From Octopus bimaculoides (Eukaryota): a stretch of 64,000 nt of DNA. Both the position numbers and the translations under genes were made by a program. This document shows positions 1 through 12,695 of this stretch, one piece after another (positions within the stretch are counted from its first letter, which is position 1; every line of letters starts with the position of its first letter). The stretch lies in assembly GCF_001194135.2 (NCBI RefSeq), contig NC_069004.1, positions 23,098,803-23,162,802 on the forward strand, read 5' to 3'. The notes beneath the pieces were generated by a model. The model was not told the origin of the DNA. It did no database searches and worked only from the letters and a program-made list of their open reading frames with translations.

Positions 1-289
1 AAAAAAATTGCATCTACAAAACGGAACAGTTTGAGGATAGAAACCAGGTCTAAACACAATAGCTTATAAGCATACTCTGAATGTAGTTCTATATAAATCT
101 TTAATAATTTTTTTTATACTTAAGACCATCAGAAATGTTAAGATATCAGCCTCTACCCACGTTGTCATGCTTTGATTAAAAGGTTACAGACTAATTTAAT
201 AGCACCACCTGGAAGAGATACACAGTCAGCTCTGAGGAACAGTAGCCCATTCAAGCAGAGGGTTGTTGTTTTCAGAAACACATCTGGTT

Positions 290-540
290 TATCTGGTATT
301 TGTTGTGGGTAATCATCTAGGGATCGTTTGAATGCTGTGAAGTCACTTTCCTCCTTTATGTGTGTCTGGTACGATGTTGAAGAGTGCAGGGCCAATTGAG
401 GTGAAATAGTTCTGTCATAGTGTTGTGATACGACACGAACATTTCTGTAGTGGACAGATGGCACAGGGGCCAAGCCTCGTACGAATTTTAAAGATGGGCA
501 ATGTTGATGGAATATTTTCTACATCATACAGATGATATAG
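290..540 (-). mobile_element. Degenerate LINE 3' coding fragment
   Basis: Translation 'HIKEESDFTAFKRSLDDYPQQIPDKP' resembles the FK..LD.FL..IPD.P C-terminus of non-LTR ORF2 proteins. Confidence 0.5.
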
Positions 541-614
541 AGCTCACAGCAGCGGTGGAGGGAGCAAAGCCTGAGCTTTTTGAGTCAATCCCATTAGTCA
601 AGGCTTGTCTGCAG

Positions 615-980
615 ACCTCCGCCAAGCAGCTCATTTTAAGATAGATATACGAGTAAAATTACTAATAGAGAAACGAAAATAAACTTTGGAAACAGCAACA
701 CCACCATAGGTTATGTGGAAACAATGAACGTATTTTCGAGGGAGATAATCAAAGAATGTAACATTGTAATACTTCATGTAAAGTAAATATAACAAATGAA
801 AAATCCTTCAAGAATCCATAAGAATTCCTGGATCACTACCAAAATTTCATCATCTGTTCCTTGTGTCATTACCAACTTTTCCTGCGAGTTTCATCAAATA
901 CTGTTCACAACTTTTTGAGTTATTTTGCACACAGACAGACTGACACCAATGAAAACATAGCCTCCTTCCTTGACGAAGGT
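615..980. mobile_element. Non-autonomous element with short inverted ends (MITE or Helentron-derived HINE-like)
   Basis: Left end acctccgccaag; right-end reverse complement accttcgtcaag; internal (caga)n. Superfamily assignment is inference. Confidence 0.4.
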
Positions 981-1133
981 AATAAGACAAATATTGGGGT
1001 CGGTTCATTCAACTAAAAACTCTTCAAGGCAGTGTCCCAGCATGGCTGCAATCTAATGACTGAAACAAGTAAAAGATATGTGTGTGTGTGTGTGTGTGTT
1101 TGTTTATCTATCTATTTATTTATCTGTCTATGT

Positions 1134-1686
1134 CAGAGGTCACCAAACTTTTTCCTCGGCGAACCAGATAACTGAGAGAATGATGAGTGTGGGCTGCATT
1201 ACCATTTTGTTCAATACAATACAGTGAACACACAAAAAATAAAGACAACCAACGAATTTATTTACCAAAAAGTTATCAAAGAAGGCGACATTAGCAGTAA
1301 GCTGGTTATATCACAGACAGAGCACACATATCCGAATCTCACAAACTAAGCAGCAAAAAAGGTTGGTGAGATTTGTGAAACTGGTGCTTAACTTTGAAGA
1401 TATCATCAATATTTGGTTTGGAATTGCTGCATCCAGCCAACAGAATTGCTTTCAAATGTTCATCAGTCAACTTTGATGTGCTGACTTCACATTCTTCACA
1501 TTTGAAAATGTTTGCTCACAGACATAAGTTGTTCCAAACACGGATGCCATACCAGAGGCAAATGCAAGTCCTTACACAAAAGGTACAGAGTCGCAGCGGG
1601 CTGGATGAACTGACCTCACGGGCTGGATGAACTGACCTCACGGGCTGGATGAACTGACCTTGTGGGCCATAGTTTGGTGAACCCTG
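1134..1686 (-). mobile_element. hAT-Charlie/SPIN-type internally deleted transposon
   Basis: TIRs cagaggtcaccaaact / cagggttcaccaaact and a perfect 8-bp TSD GTCTATGT (1126-1133, 1687-1694). The minus strand retains a hAT dimerisation remnant 'SVFGTTYVCEQTFS..K...LTDEHLKAIL....KPNID'. 22-bp subterminal tandem repeat at 1597-1660. Confidence 0.9.
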
Positions 1687-1710
1687 GTCTATGTTAATCT
1701 TTACCTTATT

Positions 1711-1907
1711 TACATTATTTATATTTGATGGATATTTGTCCTCATCTTGTTTGTTGTTAACAACATTTCGGCTGATATACCCTCCAGCCTTCACCAGGTG
1801 TCTTGGGGAAATTTTGAACCTGGGTTCTCATTCCTAAGGTACATCAGCCAAAACGTGTTAACAACAAACAAGATGAGGACAAATATCCGTCAAATGTAAA
1901 TAATGTA
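1711..1907. mobile_element. Penelope-like pseudo-LTR fragment with partial inverted duplication and degenerate hammerhead motif
   Basis: About 70-bp inverted arms (1711-1781, 1838-1907). Minus strand reads acac-CTGGTGA-A-GGCTG-N10-CAGCC-GAAA. Confidence 0.6.
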
Positions 1908-3239
1908 CATAATTCCTCATCTCTTAAATATAGAACTATATTAATTTTTGTCTAAAAAAAATAGAAATGAAATATAATAAAAGAAGTCATTATCATTATT
2001 GTCATCAATTAATTAGCAAAGGACGTGAGTAGTGCTCACATTTTCAGTCACTTTCTGATTAATGTGGTTGATGTACAGTTCAAACATTTATTAGTAGATA
2101 GTCTCCATGATGAAAAAGGATTGTGTGGTGGGGTGGAGGTGGCAAAAATTCCAGAAGACTCTGATGCAATATGGAAAGGACAAAAGGAAAGCCCTTAGGT
2201 TGTACAATGCATGATGACAACCTTCATTTGTTTTCTTGCTGGTTATTTTGGTTATCTGAAGCAGATTAGTTGGGCCATGTGTTTAGCTTGTGTGACGAGC
2301 AACACTGTGGAATGTTCCTACTTAGCTTTTACTTGTTTCAGTCATTGGACTGCAGCCATTCTGTGGCAGCACCTTGAAGAATTTTTAGATGAATTAATCG
2401 ACTGAAGTACTTATTATTTTTTTAAAGCTTGGTATGTAATGTATCGCTTTCTTTTGCCGAACCACTAAGTTATGGGGACGTAAACAAACCAACATCAGTC
2501 ATTAAGTGGTGGTGGTGGAAGACAAACAAAGACACAGACACACACACACACATGCATATGCACACGTGCACACACACACACACACACATGCATATGCACA
2601 CGTGCACACACACACACGACAGACTTCTTTTAGTTTCCATCTACCAAATACACTCACAAGGCACTGGTCAACCCAAAGTTATAGTAGAGGACACTTGCCC
2701 AAGGTGTCATGCAATACAAATGAAGCTAGTAACATGTGGTTAAGAATCAAGCTTCCTACCACACAGTCCCACCTGTGCCTATACACAGCCACACCTATCT
2801 TTGGTAAATTAATACCTTGTCCATCCATGGAGATGCATGGCTTAGTGGTTAGAGTGTTGGATTCATGATTGTGAGATTGTGATTTCGATTCCTGGATCAG
2901 GTGATGCATTGTGTTCTTGAGCCAAACACTTCATTTCACATTGCTCCAGTCCACTCAGCTGGCAAAAAGGAATAATCCTGCAACAGACCGTTGTCCTGTC
3001 CAGGGAGGAAACCAACCCTATCCTCATTACAGAGTAAGGTGGACTAACCCATGTCCACTTTAGCTAAGTTCATTGAGATTATAGAGGGTGGTTATGTCCA
3101 TCATATATGAACAAGCTGGTCAGTAAAACAAAACAAGAGTAACATGTCCTGACCTTTACACTGTGATTGACACAACTGACCAATCCAATGCCTCACAGTA
3201 TATACACTTAGTGTGTTCCTAGAGCAGATAAAGAAAGTG

Positions 3240-3600
3240 TAAGATATTTATGCACACACACACATAGATATGTAGGAAATAAGTAGAAAAGCACAAGTTT
3301 CACATATAGTGTGAGGTATATGCAGAAACTATGCTTTGGTCATATAATGCATGTGAATGAAGACAACTGTATAATAAATGCCAATTGCTTAAAATGGATG
3401 AATCATGTGGAAGAGGGAGACCCGGCAAGATGTGGGAAATAGTAAGAGCTGATCTAAAAATGTTGAGCCTCATGGAAGAGTTGACAAAAGAGCAGTTGAT
3501 CAGCAAGTTGTTGTACTTGAGAGACCCCAACAGTAACAGTGAAGTCCATACTTGGCACTCCACCTAATTTGCCCACATCATGAACCCCACTACTTCCACA
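3240..3600 (+). mobile_element. RTE-clade LINE 3' fragment
   Basis: 'FGHIMHVNEDNC...GRGRPGKMWE.VRADLKMLSL' matches the RTE C-terminal WFGHV.R...RGRP..W pattern. Confidence 0.6.
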
Positions 3601-3959
3601 CACATCTCATCTTCCTAACATCAATTCTTCATCATTCTTCTAATAGTGGTACGACCTAGCTACTGAGGTCATTTGAGAGCAGAATCAGCACATACTTCAC
3701 CCCTCACCTCTGACTTTAGCACAACCAGGAACTGCCAGAATTGTTAGCATGTAGAGCAAAATACTTAGCAGCATTTCAGCCATCATTATATTCTGAGTTC
3801 AAATTCTACTGAGGTTGACTTTGCCTTTCATCCTTTTGGGGTCAATAAAATGAATACCATTTGAGCACTGGGGTTGATGTAATCAATTTACCCCTTCCTC
3901 CAGACTTGCTGACCTTATGCCAAAATTTGAGACCATTATTATCCCTCTTCATATTACTT

Positions 3960-4620
3960 CCCACCAATCATCCCCTTTTCTCAGCCTTTCAATAATTTCT
4001 CCCTCCCCTCAAAGCTAAATTTTAGTCTGTCAAACATGTTTAACCCCTCTTCTGTCATCATTTTCAACCACCTCTCATCCGTTGTCTATACTCCTTCACC
4101 TTTGTCACACCAATCACTGTTGCCACCTTCATATACCTCTGACCCTCACCTCTGTCATAGGTCATCATCCTCCCATCCTCTCCCCTGTCACACCCTGCAC
4201 CTCTCCTTGCTTTCTGATCAATCTATAAATATAATGATATTCTTGTTCCCCACACTTCCTATACTGATACTTAGCAATTTCTCCTTCCTGAGCAACTTCT
4301 TTCTCAACTGGGGTCCATATAGACCCCACTTCAGGACCACTGGTCTGTATTCTCCTTTATACTTGCCTTCTTGTATCTTGTGATTATGTTTCAGCACTCC
4401 CTTCTAGATATTTTCACCCACCCTTGCATCATGTGGGAAAGCCATGTATCTCGTCTATAGCAAAATACTTGTACTTGTTCCTTTATCCTATTTTAGCTTT
4501 CAACACCTGGCATAAAAGCCACCTCCACCCTTCCTTTCAAATATACTCCTACTCAGATGTGAAAGCTCTTTCCTTTTCCCTGTTTTATTTTCTTCTGCAT
4601 ATTAATTGGTGACCTCACTA
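3960..4620 (-). mobile_element. Degenerate RTE-clade LINE fragment
   Basis: Minus-strand 'KGEYRPVVLKWGLYGP...KEKLLSISI' aligns by eye to the RTE 'Y....RP..LYG.E.W' region. Confidence 0.45.
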
Positions 4621-5137
4621 GTGATGGCACCACATAAAACAGCACCAAGTATACACTGTAAAGTGGTTGGCATTAGGAAAAGCATCCAGCTATAGAAATC
4701 ATGCCAAAGCTGACATTGGGGTCTGATTTAACTCTGTGGTTTGATTGACCCTATCAGACAGTCCAACCTATGCAGGCATGGTGTTAAATGATGATGATGT
4801 TGCTCTATAAGCTTGTTTTATGTTTATGTATCAATTCTCTGCATGAATATATATACACATGCATGCAGTCATGAGATTCTATCTATAAAATTCCATTCAC
4901 AAGGTATTAGTTAATATGAGACCATGGCGGAAGTCACTTGTACAAGGTGCCACACAGTGAGATTGAACTTTGGCCCAAGGTGATTGAGGAGCAAACTTCA
5001 TAACCATTTCATAACCATACAGCAATACTAGCATCTGCAAACTTTTTTAATTCATATTTTATATTTTTGGAAATAGAAGAAAAAACATATTCAAAATAGC
5101 AAAAATCAAACAATAATTATCTAAAAATTAATATTAT

Positions 5138-5419
5138 TTACTTCTTTTCGAGATCTTTAAAATTTTTCATCAAGAATGTTTTTAACTGTGAAAATTCTTT
5201 ACTCTGTCCTTTCATAACTTCCACTTCATGAACAAAAGAGCTTTTATTTGATGATTCTTGTTTCAAAATTGCAATCAATTTCTGTAAATTATCCTTCAAC
5301 CAGCCCTGATGACCTGAAAACTCTTCAGAAATTTTGTTACAAAACAGCTTCTCACTGCTTGCATAATAATGCTTTAAACAACTCAACTCTTGATTCAGTT
5401 TTTCAATTTCATAGTCTTT
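5138..5419 (-). CDS. Coiled-coil gene, probable terminal exon (KDYEIEKLNQELSCLKHYYASSEK...FLMKNFKDLEKK*)
   Basis: Acceptor ttttattgtag, 94 codons open including the stop, E/K/L/Q-rich heptad-like sequence, phase 0 matching the 12696 donor, followed by AT-rich UTR-like sequence. A GT at the stop codon (AA|gtaaaa) means a further exon cannot be excluded. Confidence 0.75.
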   Translation of the reverse strand, partial: KDYEIEKLNQELSCLKHYYASSEKLFCNKISEEFSGHQGWLKDNLQKLIAILKQESSNKSSFVHEVEVMKGQSKEFSQLKTFLMKNFKDLEKK

Positions 5420-6913
5420 CTACAATAAAACAAAGTTGAGTGATAAAAGCTATAGGATTTGTAATGATGATTATAATGACAAAGTTTATCAATTATTATT
5501 ACAGAGAAGCTTTGCAGTTATATAGACAATGTTTCATGTAAATGAATGAAAAAGAATATTTGATTGATTATTAATAGGACCATTTATTTAGTAGAGTATA
5601 TATCAAGCAAATGCACGTGGCTTAGATGTTATGGTATTCAGCTCATGATGAGCTTGATTCCTAGTGGCACATTGTGTCCTTGAGTACATTACTCCAGTCT
5701 ACTCAACTGGTAAAAATGAATAGCATCTGAATTTCAAAGGATCAGCCTTGTCACATTCTGTGTCATGCTGAATCTCCCCGAGAACTATGCCTAAGGATAA
5801 ACATACCTGCTGTGGAGTGCTCAGCCACTTGCATGTTAATTTCACAAGTGGACTGCTCTGTTGATCAGATCAACTGGAGCCCTCGGCATCGTAACCAATA
5901 AATTGTTGTTACAATGTTGAAGTTACTTGTGTGTACAGATGTTTTTGTAGATGCAGTAGAATATTTGTGCCTGGTTCCATGGTTCATTGAGTATGTTAGC
6001 TTAGAATCAGCACATACTTCACCCCTCACCCCTGACTTTGGCACTACCAGGAACTGCCAAAATTGTTAGCACATAGAGCAAAATGCTTAGCAGCATTTCA
6101 GCCATCGTTATGTTCTGAGTTCAAATTCTACTGAGGTTGACTTTGCCTTTCATCCTTTGCTAGCTTAGTTTTTCTATGGCTGCTATGGAGAAAAACATAG
6201 TAAAAGGAATATATACAGCTAGAGAAGATAAGAGGTTTACCCTTGCATGCATTATTTAGTGTACTGACAGAGTTGCTATCAGTCCAGAGATGATTGACCA
6301 GAGAGAAGAAGATAGCTGCTTGCTTGTGTTTTATAACCTGCTGGTAAACAAATTCGGTCAACTAAAACAATAGGGTTCTTCTTTTACCTTTGACTTTCTT
6401 TTATCATTTTTTGTTGTTGTTGTTGTCGTGTTATGTATCAGGGATTCAGGAAAAGGGATGGCAAACCTTCAGGGAGGAGAAGATGATGCTTCTGCTAAAA
6501 TTGTGGTTTTCTGTGTATACTAGTGGTCCAATTGGCAGAAACTTCTGTACATTTTGGGATGTTGTTACAATTCTTATTCTGACGATAGCTAAATTGGCTG
6601 AAATGCACCTCTTGGAAAATCTATCTATATAACTCCAGTAAGCTGGAGTAATTGGTAGATGAAAAGGATGCAATGGAGGTACATGCATGATTCACTAGGC
6701 CTCTTCAGAGATTTACATGCCAACTGTAGGCCGAAACAGCTGTATGACTTTGTCCCTTCTTCAGTCACTAGATGTCCTTTTGAATTTTGAATTTTTAATT
6801 GTTGATATGACATAGTGTGTCATATGTGTTTGTATATTGTCTTTATTGTCCTTTTGGTTGAAAAATAAATGGATGTGGATTTGGTAGACGGAAACTGAAA
6901 GAAGCCCGTCGTA

Positions 6914-6956
<43 letters not shown>

Positions 6957-7654
6957 GTTTGTGTGTCTGTGCTTGTCCCCCCAACATCGCTTGACAACCA
7001 ATGCTAGTGTGTTTATGTCCCCGTAACTTAGCGGTTCAGCAATAGAGACCGATAGAATAAGTACTAGGCTTCTAAAGAATAANNNNNNNNNNNNNNNNNN
7101 NNNNNNNNNNNNNNNNNNNNNNNNNNNNNNNNNNNNNNNNNNNNNNNNNNNNNNNNNNNNNNNNNNNNNNNNNNNNNNNNNNNNNNNNNNNNNNNNNNNN
7201 NNNNNNNNNNNNNNNNNNNNNNNNNNNNNNNNNNNNNNNNNNNNNNNNNNNNNNNNNNNNNNNNNNNNNNNNNNNNNNNNNNNNNNNNNNNNNNNNNNNN
7301 NNNNNNNNNNNNNNNNNNNNNNNNNNNNNNNNNNNNNNNNNNNNNNNNNNNNNNNNNNNNNNNNNNNNNNNNNNNNNNNNNNNNNNNNNNNNNNNNNNNN
7401 NNNNNNNNNNNNNNNNNNNNNNNNNNNNNNNNNNNNNNNNNNNNNNNNNNNNNNNNNNNNNNNNNNNNNNNNNNNNNNNNNNNNNNNNNNNNNNNNNNNN
7501 NNNNNNNNNNNNNNNNNNNNNNNNNNNNNNNNNNNNNNNNNNNNNNNNNNNNNNNNNNNNNNNNNNNNNNNNNNNNNNNNNNNNNNNNNNNNNNNNNNNN
7601 NNNNNNNNNNNNNNNNNNNNNNNNNNNNNNNNNNNNNNNNNNNNNNNNNNNNNG

Positions 7655-7905
7655 GGGGGCGGTTAAGTGGCCAGATGTTAGGGGTGATATGGTCACCGAG
7701 ATAGTCTGACAACCATGATTGGGTTCTCCTGCTTGTGTAGCATGGTGCAGAGTCCTGTTGCCAGACACAGGGTCTTCCAGCAGCCACCCTCTTGACTCAG
7801 GGTAACACTACCTCCGTCAGGCACTTAATGTAGGCCTCTGTGTTGAGTCTGAGGCCATGTGAGAAGATGAATGGAGGCAAAACGTCACCATGACTAGTGA
7901 TCACT
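7655..7905 (-). mobile_element. Tc1/mariner DD37D (maT) transposase fragment
   Basis: 'FGVITSHGDVLPPFIFSHGLRLNTEAYIKCL.EVVLP...AAGRPCVWQQDSAPCYTSRRTQSWLSD...ITPNIWP'. Confidence 0.85.
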
Positions 7906-8628
7906 CCAAACACCCTGTGCATGTGTGTGTGTGTGTGTGTGTTATGTGTGTGCGTGTGTGTTATGTGTGTGTGTGTGTTATGTGTGTATGTGTGTGTTAT
8001 GTGTGTGTGTGTGTTGTGTGTGTGTGTGTGTTGTGTGTGTGTGTGTGTGTGTNNNNNNNNNNNNNNNNNNNNNNNNNNNNNNNNNNNNNNNNNNNNNNNN
8101 NNNNNNNNNNNNNNNNNNNNNNNNNNNNNNNNNNNNNNNNNNNNNNNNNNNNNNNNNNNNNNNNNNNNNNNNNNNNNNNNNNNNNNNNNNNNNNNNNNNN
8201 NNNNNNNNNNNNNNNNNNNNNNNNNNNNNNNNNNNNNNNNNNNNNNNNNNNNNNNNNNNNNNNNNNNNNNNNNNNNNNNNNNNNNNNNNNNNNNNNNNNN
8301 NNNNNNNNNNNNNNNNNNNNNNNNNNNNNNNNNNNNNNNNNNNNNNNNNNNNNNNNNNNNNNNNNNNNNNNNNNNNNNNNNNNNNNNNNNNNNNNNNNNN
8401 NNNNNNNNNNNNNNNNNNNNNNNNNNNNNNNNNNNNNNNNNNNNNNNNNNNNNNNNNNNNNNNNNNNNNNNNNNNNNNNNNNNNNNNNNNNNNNNNNNNN
8501 NNNNNNNNNNNNNNNNNNNNNNNNNNNNNNNNNNNNNNNNNNNNNNNNNNNNNNNNNNNNNNNNNNNNNNNNNNNNNNNNNNNNNNNNNNNNNNNNNNNN
8601 NNNNNNNNNNNNNNNNNNNNNNNNNNNC

Positions 8629-8892
8629 ACAGGGGGTCCGCAAGGACAAGACAGGGGGTCTGTGGACAGCAAATACTTTTTATGGGCAATTTGATTTTAT
8701 ATGTTTTTTAATCGAAATCTTTTAATTGACAATAAACCTATTTGTTAAATACTGTTAAATAAATAAATGTAAAAATATATGTTATTTTAAGCAAATATTT
8801 ATGTATAAATTTCATAAGCGTTTATAAGGGGGTCGCTAAGGTAAAGCCTGAAATATAAAGGGGTCCGCAAGTCAAAAAGTTTGAAAACCCCT
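8629..8892. mobile_element. Right end of a hAT-type MITE (left end in gap)
   Basis: Repeated ggggtccgc subterminal motifs ending aaaagtttgaaaacccctg. Confidence 0.55.
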
Positions 8893-10384
8893 GGTTTAAA
8901 TGTCAGGCACAATGAAGGTATCATTTTATCGACTTCCTACCCTTAACATTCACTCTATCTTCCTCTAATTCCTAGTTAGGCAGCTAGCAGTTTAACCAAA
9001 CATAAACAGCAGCAACATACAAAAAAAGATAACTCTGTTGTTCTTATATGATATCCACACTTGCTCGGTTGAGACATGGCATTATACAAAGTAACAGTAA
9101 ATAAATATTTCTTTACAACTTCGATCACTGTTCTTCTTCCATCTTGCACACTGGCAACCAACACCTTAAGAATAACCGTCACATATATATTCTTTTATTC
9201 TTTTACTTATTTCAGTCATTTTGACTGTGGCCATGATGGAGCACCACCTTTAGTCGACCAAATCAACCCCAGGACTCATTCTTTGTAATCCAAGTACTTA
9301 TTCTATCGGCCTCTTTTGCTGAACTGCTATAGCAGGCTTGTTTTCTGTTTCTGTCTATGAAATCCACTCAAAGCTTTGGTCTTTGGTCAGGTTGGGACAA
9401 TAGTAGAAAACACTTGCCCAATGTACAACACACAGTGAGAATGAAACTGAAACCATGTGGTTGGGAAGCAAACTTCTTAACCTCACAGCTATACCTGTGC
9501 CAATGCTAGACAGTCATGCATACACCTACACAACAGATTATATGTCTAACCTTCCTTCTCACCTGTTTACCCTAGGCCATTCTCTGCATATGCCATCTCT
9601 TCTATCCACTGATTGTCATAGTACCCCTGAAGGAATGGAGAAAACAGACTGCACAAGTACTGGTGTCATGATAAAGTAATCATTTGCATTTTTGAAGCAG
9701 TGGATGAAAAGAGACATCATAGAGTTGACAAGACCTTTAGTTTTTTCTTGGCAGGAACATGACAGCCCCTCCAGTGCCTGTCCCATAAAAAACATGCATC
9801 CAGTACTCCAAAGAATTTGGTGAATGTGTGAGGACATCATAAGGTTCAGGAGGACCCTTTACTCTTGTCTTGTTGAGGACATGATTAAACCTTTTGAGCT
9901 GGTACCATGAAAAAGAAAATGCACTCAATACACTTTATAAAGTGGTTGGCATTTGGAAGGGCATCTAGCTGTAGAAACTATGGCAAATGAAAATAGATAT
10001 GAATGTGCCTAGGAGGTCAGTAACCCAAACAAGAACTGACCCATCCAACCCAAAGAAGCATTGAAAGTAGTCACAGAATGATGATTATGTACACAATTAT
10101 AACCGAGTCATATAATATATGATTATACATAATGTGTGTATAATCAACACATTTGGTTTGACACATCTACAGTATTAGCATTCAAATACACAGAGAAACA
10201 TTCATCACACACACACACACACATACCAGTGCAGGCATGGTGGAATGGTTAAAATGTTTGCAACCAGGTTGTTTTGGGTTCCATCCCATTTGCATAGAAC
10301 CTTGAATAAATGTCTTCTAGCCCCAGACTGACCAATGACATGTCAGGGAATCTGGTGGGTGGGGACCTGTATAATTAGTCAGGT

Positions 10385-11210
10385 TATCTAGGAAGGTGTC
10401 ATCCTCAATGACTTGTATCACAGTATTACACCCAGTTGTTACAAGGGTAAAGGAGATGCCTTAGATAGAAGTAATTACAGAGGTGTCAAACTGGTGGGCC
10501 AGGTCATGAAAGTTACAGAAAGAGTTATAGCCCAATTAATTAGAAACAGAGTTAGATTTGATGAGATGCAGTTTGGTTTTGTGATTAGAAGTATTATTTA
10601 TGCCATTTGGTGAGACAACTGCAGAAGTATTTAGTGAAGAATAAACCACTGTAGCCAGCAATCATTGACCTGGAGAAAGCATTCGACTGATCTGTGATAT
10701 GGTGGTCTCTGAAGAAGCTAAGAATAGATGAATGGCTTGTAAAAGCTGTACACATCATGTGCAGGGGTGCTGTCAATATGATGAGAGTTAGCCATGAGAA
10801 CAGGGACGAATTTAGTATATAGGTAGGCATTCACCAGGGTTTAGCTCTTTGTCCCCTCCTATTTATTACTGTCCCTCAGGCTATAAAGGAGGAATTTTAG
10901 ACCTGCTGCCCCTGGAAACTACTATTTGCTGATGATCTTGCTCTCATAGCAGAATCTGTAACAGAATTAGAAAAGAAATTCCAAGTGTAGAAGCAATATC
11001 TAAAATTGAAGTATCTTAAAGTTAATTTGAAAAGAACAAGATTCTAGTAGGCAAGGAAACATACAGGCCCCTATCCCTTCAGGTAAATGGCCCAGCTCAA
11101 TATGCAGGTAATAACCAGTGCAATGGAATCATGGGAAGGATAATGTAAAGGTAGTGCTTGTATGAAGAATATACACAGGAGCCATAAATGGGGAATTGAT
11201 CTTCTCAAAT
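10385..11210 (+). mobile_element. RTE-clade LINE reverse transcriptase fragment
   Basis: 'YKGKGDALDRSNYRGVKL...MKVTERVIAQLIRNRVRFDEMQFGF', followed by DLEKAFD, 'GIHQG..LCPLLF' and 'PWKLLFADDL', with stops. Confidence 0.9.
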
Positions 11211-11596
11211 GCTTAGGGGGTAGTGATGGACTTCTTTCAGTTTCTGTCTACCAATCCACTCACAAGGCTTAGGTCGCCAGGAGCTATTGCAAAATACACT
11301 TGCCTAAGGTACAATGCAGTAGGACTGAAACCCAAACCACATGGTTGGGAAACAAAATCTTAAACTACACAGCCACACCTGTAGATGTATGAACATACGT
11401 ATGTATGTGTGTGTGTGTGTGTGGATGCATGCATGCATGCATGTATGTATGTATGTATGTATAAACATATTAATAAATTATCACAAACACAAAAAATATA
11501 TTCAAACGTTTTCTGTACACCTTATCTAACTGACTTTGCAAAACTTGATGAAATTGTGTACGCTCTCACACATTCATTCAGGTAAACTAGCCATTA

Positions 11597-12479
11597 CGAG
11601 GCGGTATCCAAAGATCCCAGACTAGTTATGTTCAATAAAAAACTTATTCACATAAGTTTTGGCATCAACTCCTTTAAAATAGTCATCTTGCATGTCAAAC
11701 ACTGGTCCCAGAATTCCTGCCACATTTTGAATCCAGCCTGGAAGTCATTTTCTGTAAACAAGTCAAGGACTTTTTGCGATTCACTCTTGACCTTGACAGT
11801 GGTGTTAAAACAGCGACCTTTGAGCTGCATTTTCATCTTGGGGAAGAGATAAAAGTCAGCAGGTGCTAAATCTGGTGAATAGGATGGCTGCAGATGCAAT
11901 ACCATGTTGTTTTTTTACAAGAAACTCATGAGTGAGGAGAGCTTAGTGACAGAGTGCATTGTTGTCATGAAGAATCCAGTTCTTTGCGCTCCCCAGATTC
12001 AGTTGCTTTCATCGAATGTCCTCCCTGAAACACTTCAAAACATCGTTGATTGTCCTCCAACAATCCTCATGCACAAACTGATGAATTTTCTCTCCATTTC
12101 TGGGGGTGACACTCGTAGCAGGTCTTCCAGATCACTCATCATCTTCCAGAGACGTTCTTCTGCTTTTGAAGCACCCATGTGACTCAAAGCATTATGTATG
12201 ACCCAATGCCTCATCATCATAAGCTTGCCACAGCCTGCCCAATATCTCTGTTGCAGACCTCCCGAGTTTAACACAAAATTTCACATTGGCTTTGCATTCC
12301 AACTTCTTGTCCATGGCAAAAATAGCAGACTACAGCATACACAAAAACACAAATTTCACAACTTGCAAAGTAAACACAGTGATAAAGGTCACTGCTAGCT
12401 TTCACTGTGCACATAACAATGTGCTGCCATCTGTTGGCATGCTACAGAACCAGTCCAGGAAATTTTTGATACCACCTCA
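11597..12479 (-). mobile_element. Internally deleted mariner transposon
   Basis: About 30-bp imperfect TIRs with TA on both sides; 'HLQPSYSPDLAPADFYLFPKMKMQLKGRCF' (YSPDLAP motif). Confidence 0.9.
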
Positions 12480-12695
12480 TATTTATCTTTTACTTGTTTC
12501 TGCCATTAGACTGCAAGAGAAACCAATAGAATAAGTACCAGGCTTAACGAAAAATAAGTCTTGGAGTTGATTTGTTTGACTAAAACCCTTCAAAGTGGTG
12601 CCCCAGCATGGCCGCAGTATAATGGTTGAAACAAGTAAAAGATAAATGGTTCATGAAGTATAAAATTTGTTAGGTACCAGAAAATAAAAACTCAC

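Noticed and set aside
5303-5332. CTGATGA...GAAA hammerhead-like match
   Set aside because: The stem II closing pair is wrong and the match lies antisense within a coding exon; chance.
6843-8725. Long ORFs of 220-310 aa
   Set aside because: They run through N gaps and (GT)n repeats; only the DD37D fragment is real coding relic. The same applies to ORFs at 24.2, 26.0, 32.0 and 52.6 kb.
9600-9900. Possible RLE-domain or transposase relic
   Set aside because: Similarity too weak to support by eye.
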